Source: the human T2T-CHM13v2.0 reference genome, Homo sapiens | NCBI RefSeq assembly: GCF_009914755.1 | Contig: NC_060931.1 | Length of the DNA stretch: 64,000 nucleotides | Reading direction: 5' to 3' (one strand) | Shown: in pieces, positions 12,721-23,930 of the stretch | How positions within the stretch are numbered: position 1 is the stretch's first letter | How the letters are laid out: each line of letters starts with the position of its first letter | Translations under genes and position numbers: made by a program | The notes under the pieces: model-generated | Database searches by the model: none | What the model was told of the DNA's origin: nothing | What the model saw: only the letters and a program-made list of their open reading frames with translations

Positions 12721-14008
12721 CGCTTTTGGGTTATATATTAAAATGAAATTGTCTTCAACTTACCCATTCTAAGAATTGCAGCTCACTGCAAGTATTTTTT
12801 TTTTTAAATCAGTGTGATGTTTACATTTACCTAAGACAAAATGAATTAAGTACTGCTACTGGCTTCACTTCTTCCTTATTTTTTTCTCCCCATAATCCTT
12901 TGAATTAACTCAGAGAGCAAAGAATCTATATGCTATATATACAGGGATAGCCCCTTTTTAACCTGCATTAAGTGGAAAGGACACATCATTTTTCAAGATG
13001 GTCTTCTTCATCTTACCATTGTTCCAGTGATGGTCCATCCCTTTTCCTCCCCCCTAATTTTTTTTTCGACCCAATAAAGAGTAAAAGCTGCTGTCTTATA
13101 AGGAGTTTTAACTGAACGCAGGGGTTACTGTTGAGTAGTGCAAAGCATTTTTCCTCCCCAGGGGCTGAGTATTTGTAGTTATACCTGCAAAGACTTCTAT
13201 AAATTAAAAAAAAAAAAGTTCAACTTGCATTTATGTAATACAAAACTGAACTCCAAATCAACAATAGGCATCAGGTAAACATATCCAATATAATTTACAG
13301 ACATAAGTGAAAGCATTACAGCTAATCACACATCTAAAGAAAAGCACACTCAAATGAAATGTCTACAGAATCATTAGTTGGCAGCCATTCTATTACAATC
13401 ACACAAAATGTCAGTGGTGCTGTGAGCCTGTGCCACTGACAATAGCATAAATTTTGCATCTCATTTCTGTGGTCATAAAATTAATGATCAGTTTAAAAAT
13501 ACTTCTTTGTAAAAGTTATTGCACAAAGAAAAGACATGAATGTGTCCCTGTTATGTACTCACAAGGATAATGATGGGGTTGTTGCTCATTAATACTGTTT
13601 CTTGTTTCCCTAGAAAAGCATTTGATTTATCCCACAACTTTCAAAAGTTTAATTAACGATACAAAGTTAACAGAATAAAAGACAATGATCCAAGACTTAC
13701 CTTCCTATAATTTCAGTAGTAACAAACATTGCAACAAACTCAAGGTTTAATCATACTACAGCAGCATATTTTTCTGAAAAACATTTTTAAATTTATACTA
13801 GCTGGGATCAAATTACTATTAGCCATTCTTTCTGATATGGTTCATTATCAATTAACATTTTCCCAAATGCCTAGAGATGTAGCCCAACAACAACTGAACA
13901 GTCATAATCTCTACAACCACTGAAGCTGATTTACCCAATTTGTTGCTTGTTTTTTCAAAACAGTCCTATTTTAAACACAATCAGGTAAACAGGAAATGAA
14001 GTAATATA

Positions 14009-14316
14009 CAGGTTGAACATCCCTAAATCAACAGAACTCCAAAATGTTCCAAAATCCAAAACTTTTTGAGTGTCAGTATGACAACACAAATGGAAAATTC
14101 CATGCCTAACATCTTTGCTTTCTGATGGTTCAATGTACGCAAACTTTAGTTCATGCACAAAATTACAAGGTGTATATGAAACATAAATGAATTTAGTGTC
14201 ACACTTAGGTTCCGTCCCCCAAGATAGCTCATTATATATATGCAAATGTCCCAAAATCCAAAATCTGAAACACTTCTGGTCCCAAGAACTTTGGATAAGG
14301 GATACTACTAAACCTG
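14009..14316 (+). mobile_element. Tigger4-type (TcMar) non-autonomous DNA transposon
   Basis: ta|caggttgaacatccct ... agggatactactaaacctg|ta: TIRs with TA target duplication. Confidence 0.85.
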
Positions 14317-15110
14317 TACCTAAAATCTGAGTGATAACCATTCCTTCTTACTGGAAGACAAATGGGGAAAAATTACTCTAATGAAAATAAATTAATTTCT
14401 AATTCTCTACATAGTTCACTTGTCTAATTTTTCAAGTAATAATATATAGCTAAATATACATAATTAAGCATTTAACTTGTCATTTCTTCAGGAAAAGTTT
14501 CATTCTTAAGGCTCTGAAGAATCTAGGTCAATGAAAGGAAGATTCTCCTCATAATTCTTCTACAATAGGAGGGCATGCAAATACTAAAGACAACTTCTGG
14601 CACAAAACTGGGGCAGAGCTTTAAAATAAGAAAAAACCATTTTTCAAGCACTGCCTGTGAAATATACTTCTACTACTACAGGTCCCATCATTTCAAACAT
14701 GCTTAAGACATTTTTACAAGGCCAATGGTGGGGGTAGGTGGTCGAAGGAAAAAGCTGTGAATTATTTCCTCAGATTTCACTGTGGAGTTATCGTTCAACA
14801 GAAAACACACTATGTTAGGAAGGGTTAAAAAAGGAAATTAAACATCATCCAAACTTCAGACTTTTCTGCTATTCTTATTCTGCTATTCTTAGTCCATTAA
14901 TAAACTTAAGAAACAGCATGAGTGAGAAGGTCAAAGGAAACTGCTTTCTAAGTAAATCTATGCATATTTAACAATATCAATAAAATATTAAGGCAAAATC
15001 TATTTTTTTTTACAATTAGAGCAAAAAGATTTTAAAGGAGAAAATGAGACTTTTATCTATCTCTAGCACCTGAAGCAGTATATTCCCCTTTTTCAAAACT
15101 GTAGACACTA

Positions 15111-15418
<308 letters not shown>

Positions 15419-16002
15419 CTAACATTTTACAAATTTGAAAAAAAAATCTCATGAAACATTTAACTAATGCTAATAAATATGCCCTTCTTTTAATAATTGA
15501 TCATTTTCCCCCAAATTGTTTGAAAACTGAATTTATGAATCAAGATTAACTTAAATCTTCTTGACAAATGAAGTTGAATCTGAGAATATGCATTAATATT
15601 TATTAAACACCTACTATGTACTTTCACATTATCTTATTTCAGTACATCATTCTATAAAGAAAGTAATCACACCTAAATCATCTCTGGAGAAAACTGAGAC
15701 TAATACATGATCAAGACACAACTATAGCCCAAATTTTTTTATCATGTACTTAATATATACAGTATTAGAAAATTCTTATTAGTCAATAACAGTATTTACT
15801 AAATAGTAACATATTCTCATTGCAAAAATAATTATTTCAAGTCAACTAAGAGACCTATGACCTTGTTATGTGATAGAGAACAATGCTGAAATAATCACAT
15901 AGCATAATTCCAGTGCATGAAGCCTAAATTCGGGAGGATACTTTATAATATGAGGCAATATTGCAAGTAAAAATCTACGGTTAGAAACTAGGTTATTCTG
16001 TC

Positions 16003-16329
16003 GGCCGAGCATGGTGACTCATGCCTGTAAGTCCCAGCACTTTGGGAGGCCAAGGCGGGTGGTCTCTTGAGCCCAGGAGTTCAAGACCAGCCTGGGCAAC
16101 ATGGCGAAAACCCATCTCTACAAAAAAATACAATACACAGGCAGCGTACCTATAGTCCCAGCTACTCAGGAGGCTAAATGGAAAAAGGATCACCTTAGCC
16201 TCCCAAAGGAGCTGGGGGAGGCTGAGGCTGCAGTGAGTCATGATCACACCACTCCACTCCAGCCTGGATGACAGAGTGAGATCCTATCTCAAAAAAAAAA
16301 GAAAAAAAAAGGAAAAAGAAAAGAAAAAA
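16003..16329 (+). mobile_element. AluJ-like
   Basis: Alu dimer, 20-bp TSD agaaactaggttattctgtc. Confidence 0.9.
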
Positions 16330-16842
16330 AGAAACTAGGTTATTCTGTCACGTACAATACTTTGAAGGATATAAGAAGGAACTATCTGTTCCAGATAAAA
16401 CAAGCAATATTTCAAATGAATAACAAGGACTAGACTAAGCAAGAAGTGTTCTAGCTGATTAGATTCAAATCTTTCCTAAGTACAAGTAAAATTAAGGAAT
16501 TTAGAAAATCAGCTGATAATTATTCTAAAGCGGCAATTTGTCAGATCTCTTCAATAGGGGAATCAAGACTTGCACATGTAAAGATAAAAGAAGAATTTTA
16601 ATAAATGAAAAAGAAAGTTTTAAAACAATAGCTTTCTATGGAAATGAATATAAACAAGTGAAAAATTAGCCTAATACACAAGCTTCAGTATCTAGAAGCC
16701 ACTGTAATAAAACGAGTTTCTACCAGTGTAAACTATTCTCACCCAAAAAAATGGAAATACCAAAAAAATCTCCTAAGATCTATGCAGCCTAGTGTTTCAA
16801 CTACCATATCAACTCAATTAATTTTAAATTTTAGGAATTGAC

Positions 16843-17149
16843 AGCCAGGCAGGGTGGCTCATGCCTGTGATCCATCACTTTGGGAGGCTGAGGCAGCTGA
16901 TCTCTTTAGCCCAGGAACTCGAGACCAGTCTGTGACACGTGGCGAAACCCCGTTTTTACCAAAAAAAAAAAAAAAAAAAAAATTAGCTGGGCATGGAGGC
17001 AAGCACCTATAGTTCCATCTACTATATAGTTCCATCTACTCCAGAGGCTGAGGTGGAAGGATCATTTGAGCATGGAAGGCGGAGGTTGCACTGAGCCAAG
17101 ATGGTGCCGCTACACTCCAGCCTGAGACGCAGAGTGAGAGACCCTGTCT
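16843..17149 (+). mobile_element. AluJ-like, lacking 3' A-tail
   Basis: Alu dimer ending accctgtct, directly joined to L1 sequence. Confidence 0.88.
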
Positions 17150-17440
17150 TCTCAGCAAACTATTGCAAGGACAAAAAACCAAACACCGCGTGTTCTCACT
17201 CATAGGTGGGAACTGAACAATGAGAACACTTGGATACAGGAAGGCGGACATCACACACCGGTGCCTGTTGAGGGGTGGTGGGGGCGGGGAGGGATAGCAT
17301 TAGGAGATATACCTAATGTAAATGACGAGTTAATGGGTGCAGCACACCAACATGGCACATGTATACATATGTAACAAACCTGCATGTTGTGCACATGTAC
17401 CCTAGAACTTAAAGTATAATAATTAAAAAAAAAAAAAAAA
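17150..17440 (+). mobile_element. 5'-truncated L1PA (about L1PA4-5) 3' end with poly-A
   Basis: tctcagcaaactattgcaaggacaaaaaaccaaacacc...ccctagaacttaaagtataataat + A-run. Confidence 0.92.
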
Positions 17441-19841
17441 GAAATACCTCAAACTGTAAAATCTGTATTGTTAAATCTCAGGATGGGAGATTATCTAGAG
17501 TAGAAGGGAAGGATTTGTGAGGGAAGTAAGGAAGGATGATACACATCTGTGTGCCTTAGAGAAATTAATAACCGACTTATTAGATATGAATAAATCTGAA
17601 TTAACTCTTTTTATTTAAGAACTCTCTACCTGGTCCTTTTTACCCCCCCAATAGTGACATCAAAATGATACTTAACTGTCATTTAAAATACATATATGCA
17701 TATATGTAAATAAAATAAGGGTGTAAAGGTAGAAAGGAGGAAAAAGGTTATGTTCACAATGTGACCCTACATTGACTAGAGAGAGAGACAAGAGGGAAGA
17801 GAAAGGACGGGAAAGCAGCCAAAAGGACTTCTGCCCAGACCTTCTTGGATAAAGATAATCCAAAACCTCAAAGGGAAAATGTAAGGTGGAGAAAAGGCAG
17901 CACCACCAAAACGTACTTAGAATTGAATTTACTCAATGTAGAGACCTGAAAATAAATTCCTATTTTTAAAAAAGATGTACTATATATTGAATAATTACTT
18001 TGCAACTATTAGGTCTGTACCCTTTACTATGCCTAACAAAGTACAGGAATAGTCTTTTTAGAACAAAGCTGAATATACTTTGAGTACACAATGGCATAAA
18101 AGTACTCAGCTCATATTTCTCCAAGGTATACATCTAATTCATCTACAGGCTTACTTCTGAACAGGCACTCTTTGTGATTAGTTAACTCAATACAGCAGTA
18201 TTGAACTACAAATGACTTATTCAGAGGAAAATGATTATGAGCAATCTCTAAATTCTATGCTATTTGAACTCCATTTTATGCTCATTTTTCAATTTCTATC
18301 AAATACCATATAAATTTCCATTCTCTTTAGAGACAAAGAATGTATCTCAGTAATGTAATTTTAATATCCACACACCTGAACGAATTCTAAAACAAAATAC
18401 CAAAGGGAAAGCTTCCCAACTATTACTGATCCATATGCAATTACACAATTACTTCATATCATGCTTTTTTAGCTTAAAAATTTTAAATGTACAAATAATT
18501 AAGCCACAAAGCACAATGCAAGTTCGATAATCACTGGAAATAATATGCCTTTTAAGAGAGGCAGAATCTGATATCTAATATTCTTCCATAAAGTATACTA
18601 CATAATAAAAGTTATCGTAATTAAAATGCATAAATTCATTTATACATTCGTCTAAACAAAATGTAGCATAATTAAACCCATAGTTTAGGATTTCTTGTAG
18701 AGCACAAAAAAAAGTGGGTACTTACAGGGAATAGTTTCCTGCTCATTTCTTTATTTAAGTGTTAAAAATCTTAATATGAAAAAAAAATCTCTTCTCATTC
18801 CCTTCAATCATACCAATCTTGATGATCTAATGGGAAAATAAACTGTGACTTCCTTTTAATTGATTTTAGGTTTGTCTGGTTAAGTTCTTTGTTTATTGAA
18901 ACTGTTACCACCTTCTCACTTACCAGTTGGCACAAATATGATTTACTCTGGGATCTGCTAGCTTCAGTTAGAAGATGCCATACTGTGTGTCTTCCTCAAA
19001 CCCAGAACCTAGCTCCATGGAGGTTAACTAACCTCATATTGTAACCCTCACACCAGCATCCACAAGCTGTACATCATAACCTATGAATAAGTATCATGGA
19101 AGTAAGGGCCACACCCAGTTTCCCCTAAAGAATTGAATATATAAAGTAGTAGGAAGTTCCTATACCTTTCCTGATCTGGTTTTCAGTCTGCTAAGCAGCT
19201 GTCTCTCAAATCTAGAGGGAGACAATCAGGTTATCAGCATTCTCACATATTTCAAAAAAAAATGAAACTGAATTCCCTTCTTTAAAAAATGTCTATGGCC
19301 CCTATGTATTCATATCAAAATAACCACAAGGAAAATAAAAACTTTCACTTGAAAAAGATTTTATTGTTTGTTCTCAAACAAAAATTTACACTGTTTTCAA
19401 AATATCCTTCAAAAACATTACCTGTGAGCACTCAGCCACAGGACCTTCTCCCACCACCACTATAAAATAATCTCTGCAGTGTTAAATGGCAGTGGGTTAG
19501 TATCTCACCTCTGCTTCACCAAGTTATTCCATGTGTAATTGCACGTTTTTACCTTTCCTAACAAATTTCTGCCACAATGTACTCTAAGAAACACAAAACC
19601 TAAGAATGTTAAATGCCTAAGATTTCCGCATCAGAAGACTGTGCAGAGTAAATTCTGGATATACTTTTTAATTTTCTTCTCAGCAGGGGGAGCTAGCACT
19701 CTCATCTTGAAGGTCTAAGTACACATTACGGAAATCTAAATTTTAATTCCAACTATCAAATTTCAGTATGTGTTAGATTATCCTATTGAAAATTTCCACA
19801 GAGGAAAAAAATTTTCAAGTTTGCCAAACATGAAAACTTAC

Positions 19842-19867
19842 CTTTGTCTTGAAATTCCTGAAGATAG
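19842..19867 (-). CDS. SKAP2: SKAP2 coding exon 3, 26-nt microexon (YLQEFQDK)
   Basis: Acceptor ctttgttttgtag|C, donor AAG|gtaagt; bridges the exon 2 and exon 4 phases exactly. Confidence 0.96.
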
Positions 19868-20489
19868 CTACAAAACAAAGAACATATTTTTAAATGAGGT
19901 TGAAAAATCAAAACAAGGTCTAATCAGTAACAATAATTAAAATCCAAAATCTATATTAAAAATACACACCTAGATATACATTAGAAAAAAACTAATTCCT
20001 GTCCTGAAATGACAATTCCAAAATGCTTAAAAATTTTAAATAAAATAATTTTTAAGGATCTAAGTACAGTAGTAAAATGAGGATATATCTTTAATACTTA
20101 TGACATGTAAATATATTACATTTATTCATTTAAAGTAGTAACAAAAGAATTCTCTTTCTTCAGTGTCAGGTATTTTCTGTATATTAAAGTCCTCAATCCA
20201 CCTTTGTCTTATCATTTAAACCAAATATACCCTCAGATAATCAAAATAAACAGCTGAACTCTGCTAGAATGCTCAGAAAAATACATAATCAAGAAGGGTA
20301 CTATGATAAGCATATCTGTGTTTAAAAACTATATAGTGGAAATATATTTTTTGCCCTTCAAAAATACTTAACATCAGTTAAACTGGAACATGAAAAATTT
20401 AACTCCATAATAATCGATTTCTTATTAAAATGTTAGTTACAAAACTGCTTCTATGTAAGAAATCAGTAAACAAAAGGTAAGTGACTTAC

Positions 20490-20595
20490 ATAGACTTTAC
20501 ATCTTTTATCTTCTTAATAAGGGATTCTCTCTTTTCCTTTGCTTTCTTGGATAAATTTTCTCCTTTCAGTATATCTGCTACAAATGTTTCAACAT
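20490..20595 (-). CDS. SKAP2: SKAP2 coding exon 2 (DVETFVADILKGENLSKKAKEKRESLIKKIKDVKSI), 106 nt
   Basis: Acceptor ggtttag|AT, donor TAT|gtaagt; phase 1 entry continues the exon 1 frame. Confidence 0.97.
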
Positions 20596-21925
20596 CTAAA
20601 CCATGCAATATAAGAAACAGGATACAAATTATAAGAAATAAAGGTTTTGTGAAGATAAATAGGACAATGATTGTTTCTACATATAAGTGTTAATACCTGT
20701 ACAATTTGTTATAGTTATTTATCATTCCAAAGCATAACAGTTGAAGTGTGTTTCAAATACTAAGTTGAACAAATCTGATCACCACTTAGCTAATAAAATT
20801 TGTAAGTTCTACTTATGCTTACCACAGCAAATACTATTTGGATGTTTGGCATCATTAAACAAGGAAGAAGCACACACCAAGTTTTAATAAACTATGGTGC
20901 CCCATAAAACAAATTCTTTATATGGAAGCAAGCACCAAGCTTTTAAGCATGTGTTAATATCATTTTCTAGTATTTTGTAAGTTCCTGTGTGAAAATGTCA
21001 TTCATATTATTATGTCAATACAAGCTAATGTCTCTGGCAAGGGTCTGTTTTCCCTAGTATAATCAATTTTCAGGTATATCCAACATGTAATGCTTTAAAG
21101 GAAAAAGTAAATCCACTTTTCTAGCCAAGATTCCCAAATCAAGCCCTCCTTCTTCCTACCTACACACTCATTCTGACTACCCTCAAATAAAAAAGATAAC
21201 CAGCTGTGTAGTTTTGTGAGCTCTTGCTTCTTGCCTTGGTATTACCACCTGAAATATTTCTTAAGGAAGAAGTACAAACATAAGTTCTTCCACTATATAA
21301 AAATATAGTCACCAAGAAACAAGATTTCTGTGGCTTCATGTAACATTCCCTCATAGCCTCTTTTTTTAATTTTAGTAAACTTCTAAATTACGGTGCTGTC
21401 TGGGTCTCTCTAGTGTAAAATTCCAACAAGTCCTTACAGGTTTAATTTTTATACTAGTTCCATTCTTATTATTCATGAAATACTGTGCAATTTTAATTTT
21501 ATTTTCAGAATTTCACACCTCATTTTGAAATATCTAATATGGAGGATATCATTAAAGATGTTTAAGTAGGCATGGCTATAAATCATTGATTATTTCATAT
21601 GGAAGGGATTTGTGTTTTACTTTCTTTTTCCTTAACTACTTTGTATAGCATCAAAACAATATTACGTATAAATAGTTCAAAGTAGTATAATAATCTAATA
21701 ATCTTTCAACTGTACTTACAATTAACCATTTAAAACCTAGTATATGTGATAGAATGTTTGTAATTCTTGATTACAAAAGTATCTTGATCCAATGAGGAAA
21801 GCCAATTAAACTTTTATACATTCATAATAAATGTGTACAGGTAATTTTTCACTAAGTCAATATGACAAGTAAAATAATTAAGAATACTGTAATAATTTAA
21901 AAAAAATAGCTTATGGTTTGAAGTC

Positions 21926-22166
21926 TATTAACGACTAATGTGTTAAAAATTTAAGTATCAAAATGAAATGAAAGCAAATGTCACAGCTTCTCTTTCCTTG
22001 AGTTATATTAACAACTGATGTATTAAAAAATAAGTATCAAAATGAAATGAAAGCAAATGTCACAGCTTCCCTTTCCTTGAGTTATATTAACAACTAATGT
22101 GTTAAAAAAAAGTATGAAAATGAAATGAAAGCAAATGTCACAGCTTCTCTTTCTTTGAGTTATATT
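21926..22166. repeat. Minisatellite-like tandem repeat, ~79-80-bp unit x3
   Basis: Unit tattaac...aaaatgaaatgaaagcaaatgtcacagcttc...ttgagtta starts at 21926, 22006 and 22085. Confidence 0.92.
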
Positions 22167-23149
22167 TTGATGTGGGGGACATAGAGACATAATCTAGTAC
22201 CAGTGCAAATTAGACACAGACTTCTAAAGTGAATTCAAAATAACAAAACTTATGAAGAAGCATGTTGCTCTAAAAGCTTTAAATTTTGTGCCCAGAACAG
22301 CAAGCAACCTTTGGATATTTCAATATTAGCTGAAATGGAAAAGATCACTGGCTCCCCTGAGATCATTACAGTAACTTTTGCAAGAAAGTGGAATAAGGGA
22401 AGAAGCAACATCCCTACTGCTGATTCGTCTTCCAACCAGACTCAATAGGAAGAATCACTGGCCCAATGACTGGGGAATAGTCTGCTTAATGTTATTTTCA
22501 CTCAATGTTTGCCTTTGATTTCCTCTTCCATGAGTATTTAATTGCCTATTTTATATTTTCATTATACAATCCAAGTTTAAACAAACAATCTATTTTCTAT
22601 CACTGGAAGTAATAACAATGAATTGCCCCCAAGAGTTTTTTTCTTTAAAAGGTCATTTCAGTTTTATAAAAACTCAGAAAAAAAAAAAAAAGGCTGCAAT
22701 AAACACTCTACATAGTGCCCTCTAACGCCCCCAAACATGTTTTTAAAATACTGATCCATGTTACTATTTTATGACAAAGTTTTTTTTGAAAGAGTGTGGG
22801 ACTGTAGGAAGAATCGGTATTTTTCAAGGATGCCAGAAATTCAGAGATTGGGTATGGTCTTTTTTTTTTTTTTTTAGAGTAGCCTTTTTTAATATACTTA
22901 TTCCTAAGCTTTTCCCAGAAAAGGTTTAAAGCAACTAAAATTATTTAATAAACAGTGACTTTTTCGTGATTATTTCTCAAAGGTGATGTGGAGAGAGTAG
23001 AAACTGCTTTGCTTAAAAAAAAAAAAAAAAAAAAAAACTTTAAACTGGAAGCAGTTCCCGAAATAATTTTAGTTTGTTGACTGTCCACAACCAAACTTGG
23101 TTGGTTTTTAAGCTTTTGAAATCTAGGTTATTTCTTAAAATCTACACTT

Positions 23150-23930
23150 TACCCGTTTCTTTTAGAATCGAATGAAACCAGCCTCTTCCAGGCACAGGAG
23201 ACTCCTAGACGTGCCGGTGGCGTTCGGCCGGTGTCTGAGCAACACACCGATCCTGATCTCGCAACGCAAAGACAGACCAAGCGCCGCAAAGAAGTTGTAG
23301 GGCTGCGAGATGCTCCAGCTCTGCCCTCTGAGAAACGCACTTCAGCGTTAAACCCCAGGGTTCCTCTCAGGCGGAGCAGTGAGCATGGAGAGCCGGGTCT
23401 GGGGCAGAGCCCTCACTAGACAAATGGGGCTGGATCTGTGGCTTTGTAGCTCAGAGCCAGGGTAATATTTCAAAAGCAAGCAATAAGAGTCTTGGGCGAA
23501 TCAAGTGTTCCTCTGGCTGGTTGGAGAAGAGATTTGAAGCTTCTTATTGTGCTCTAAATAGCCCTGCAAACGGTAAACTAGCAAGCACAGTAAACTAGCA
23601 AGAGCGTTAGCCTTCTTCTACCTTCCTTTGAGGGTAGTGTTCCTCGGTTAATATGTAGATTTCACCATTCCTGAGTGCCCGTAATTCAGGGAAACGCAGT
23701 AATTTGATAACAAGAAAAGGTCAGCCTCCCTCGCTCGACCCTTAGCCCGGTTTTTAGAATTCTTCCTCGGAGGCAGGGGCTCAACTCACACTCTCACGCA
23801 TACTGGCCACGGGAGAGAAGCGTGGGAGGCCCACTCTGCGCCCGCGGGAAAGGGTTTAACTACCAGGTCTAACTACCCCCACCCACCCCCATCTCCTGCC
23901 TCCGGGCCGGCAGCCAAATAGACTGCAGAG
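23150..23930. promoter_or_regulatory. Secondary CpG-enriched region in intron 1; candidate alternative promoter/first exon
   Basis: Local CpG/GC enrichment in AT-rich intron; minus-strand donor CGG|gtaaag at 23153; E2F-like gcgggaaa ~23844. Confidence 0.55.

Noticed and set aside
19100-19600. CACCC + TATA-like motif and cryptic splice sites (donors ~19422 and ~19553, acceptor ~19583)
   Set aside because: TATA-Inr spacing is wrong and such motifs are frequent by chance; unsupported without expression data.
21926-22166. CRISPR-like periodic repeat
   Set aside because: Whole units repeat with no unique spacers; it is a eukaryotic tandem repeat.
22711-22731. CTCF-like motif (agagggcacta on the minus strand)
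   Set aside because: The 5' half of the core mismatches the consensus; cannot be called without ChIP data.
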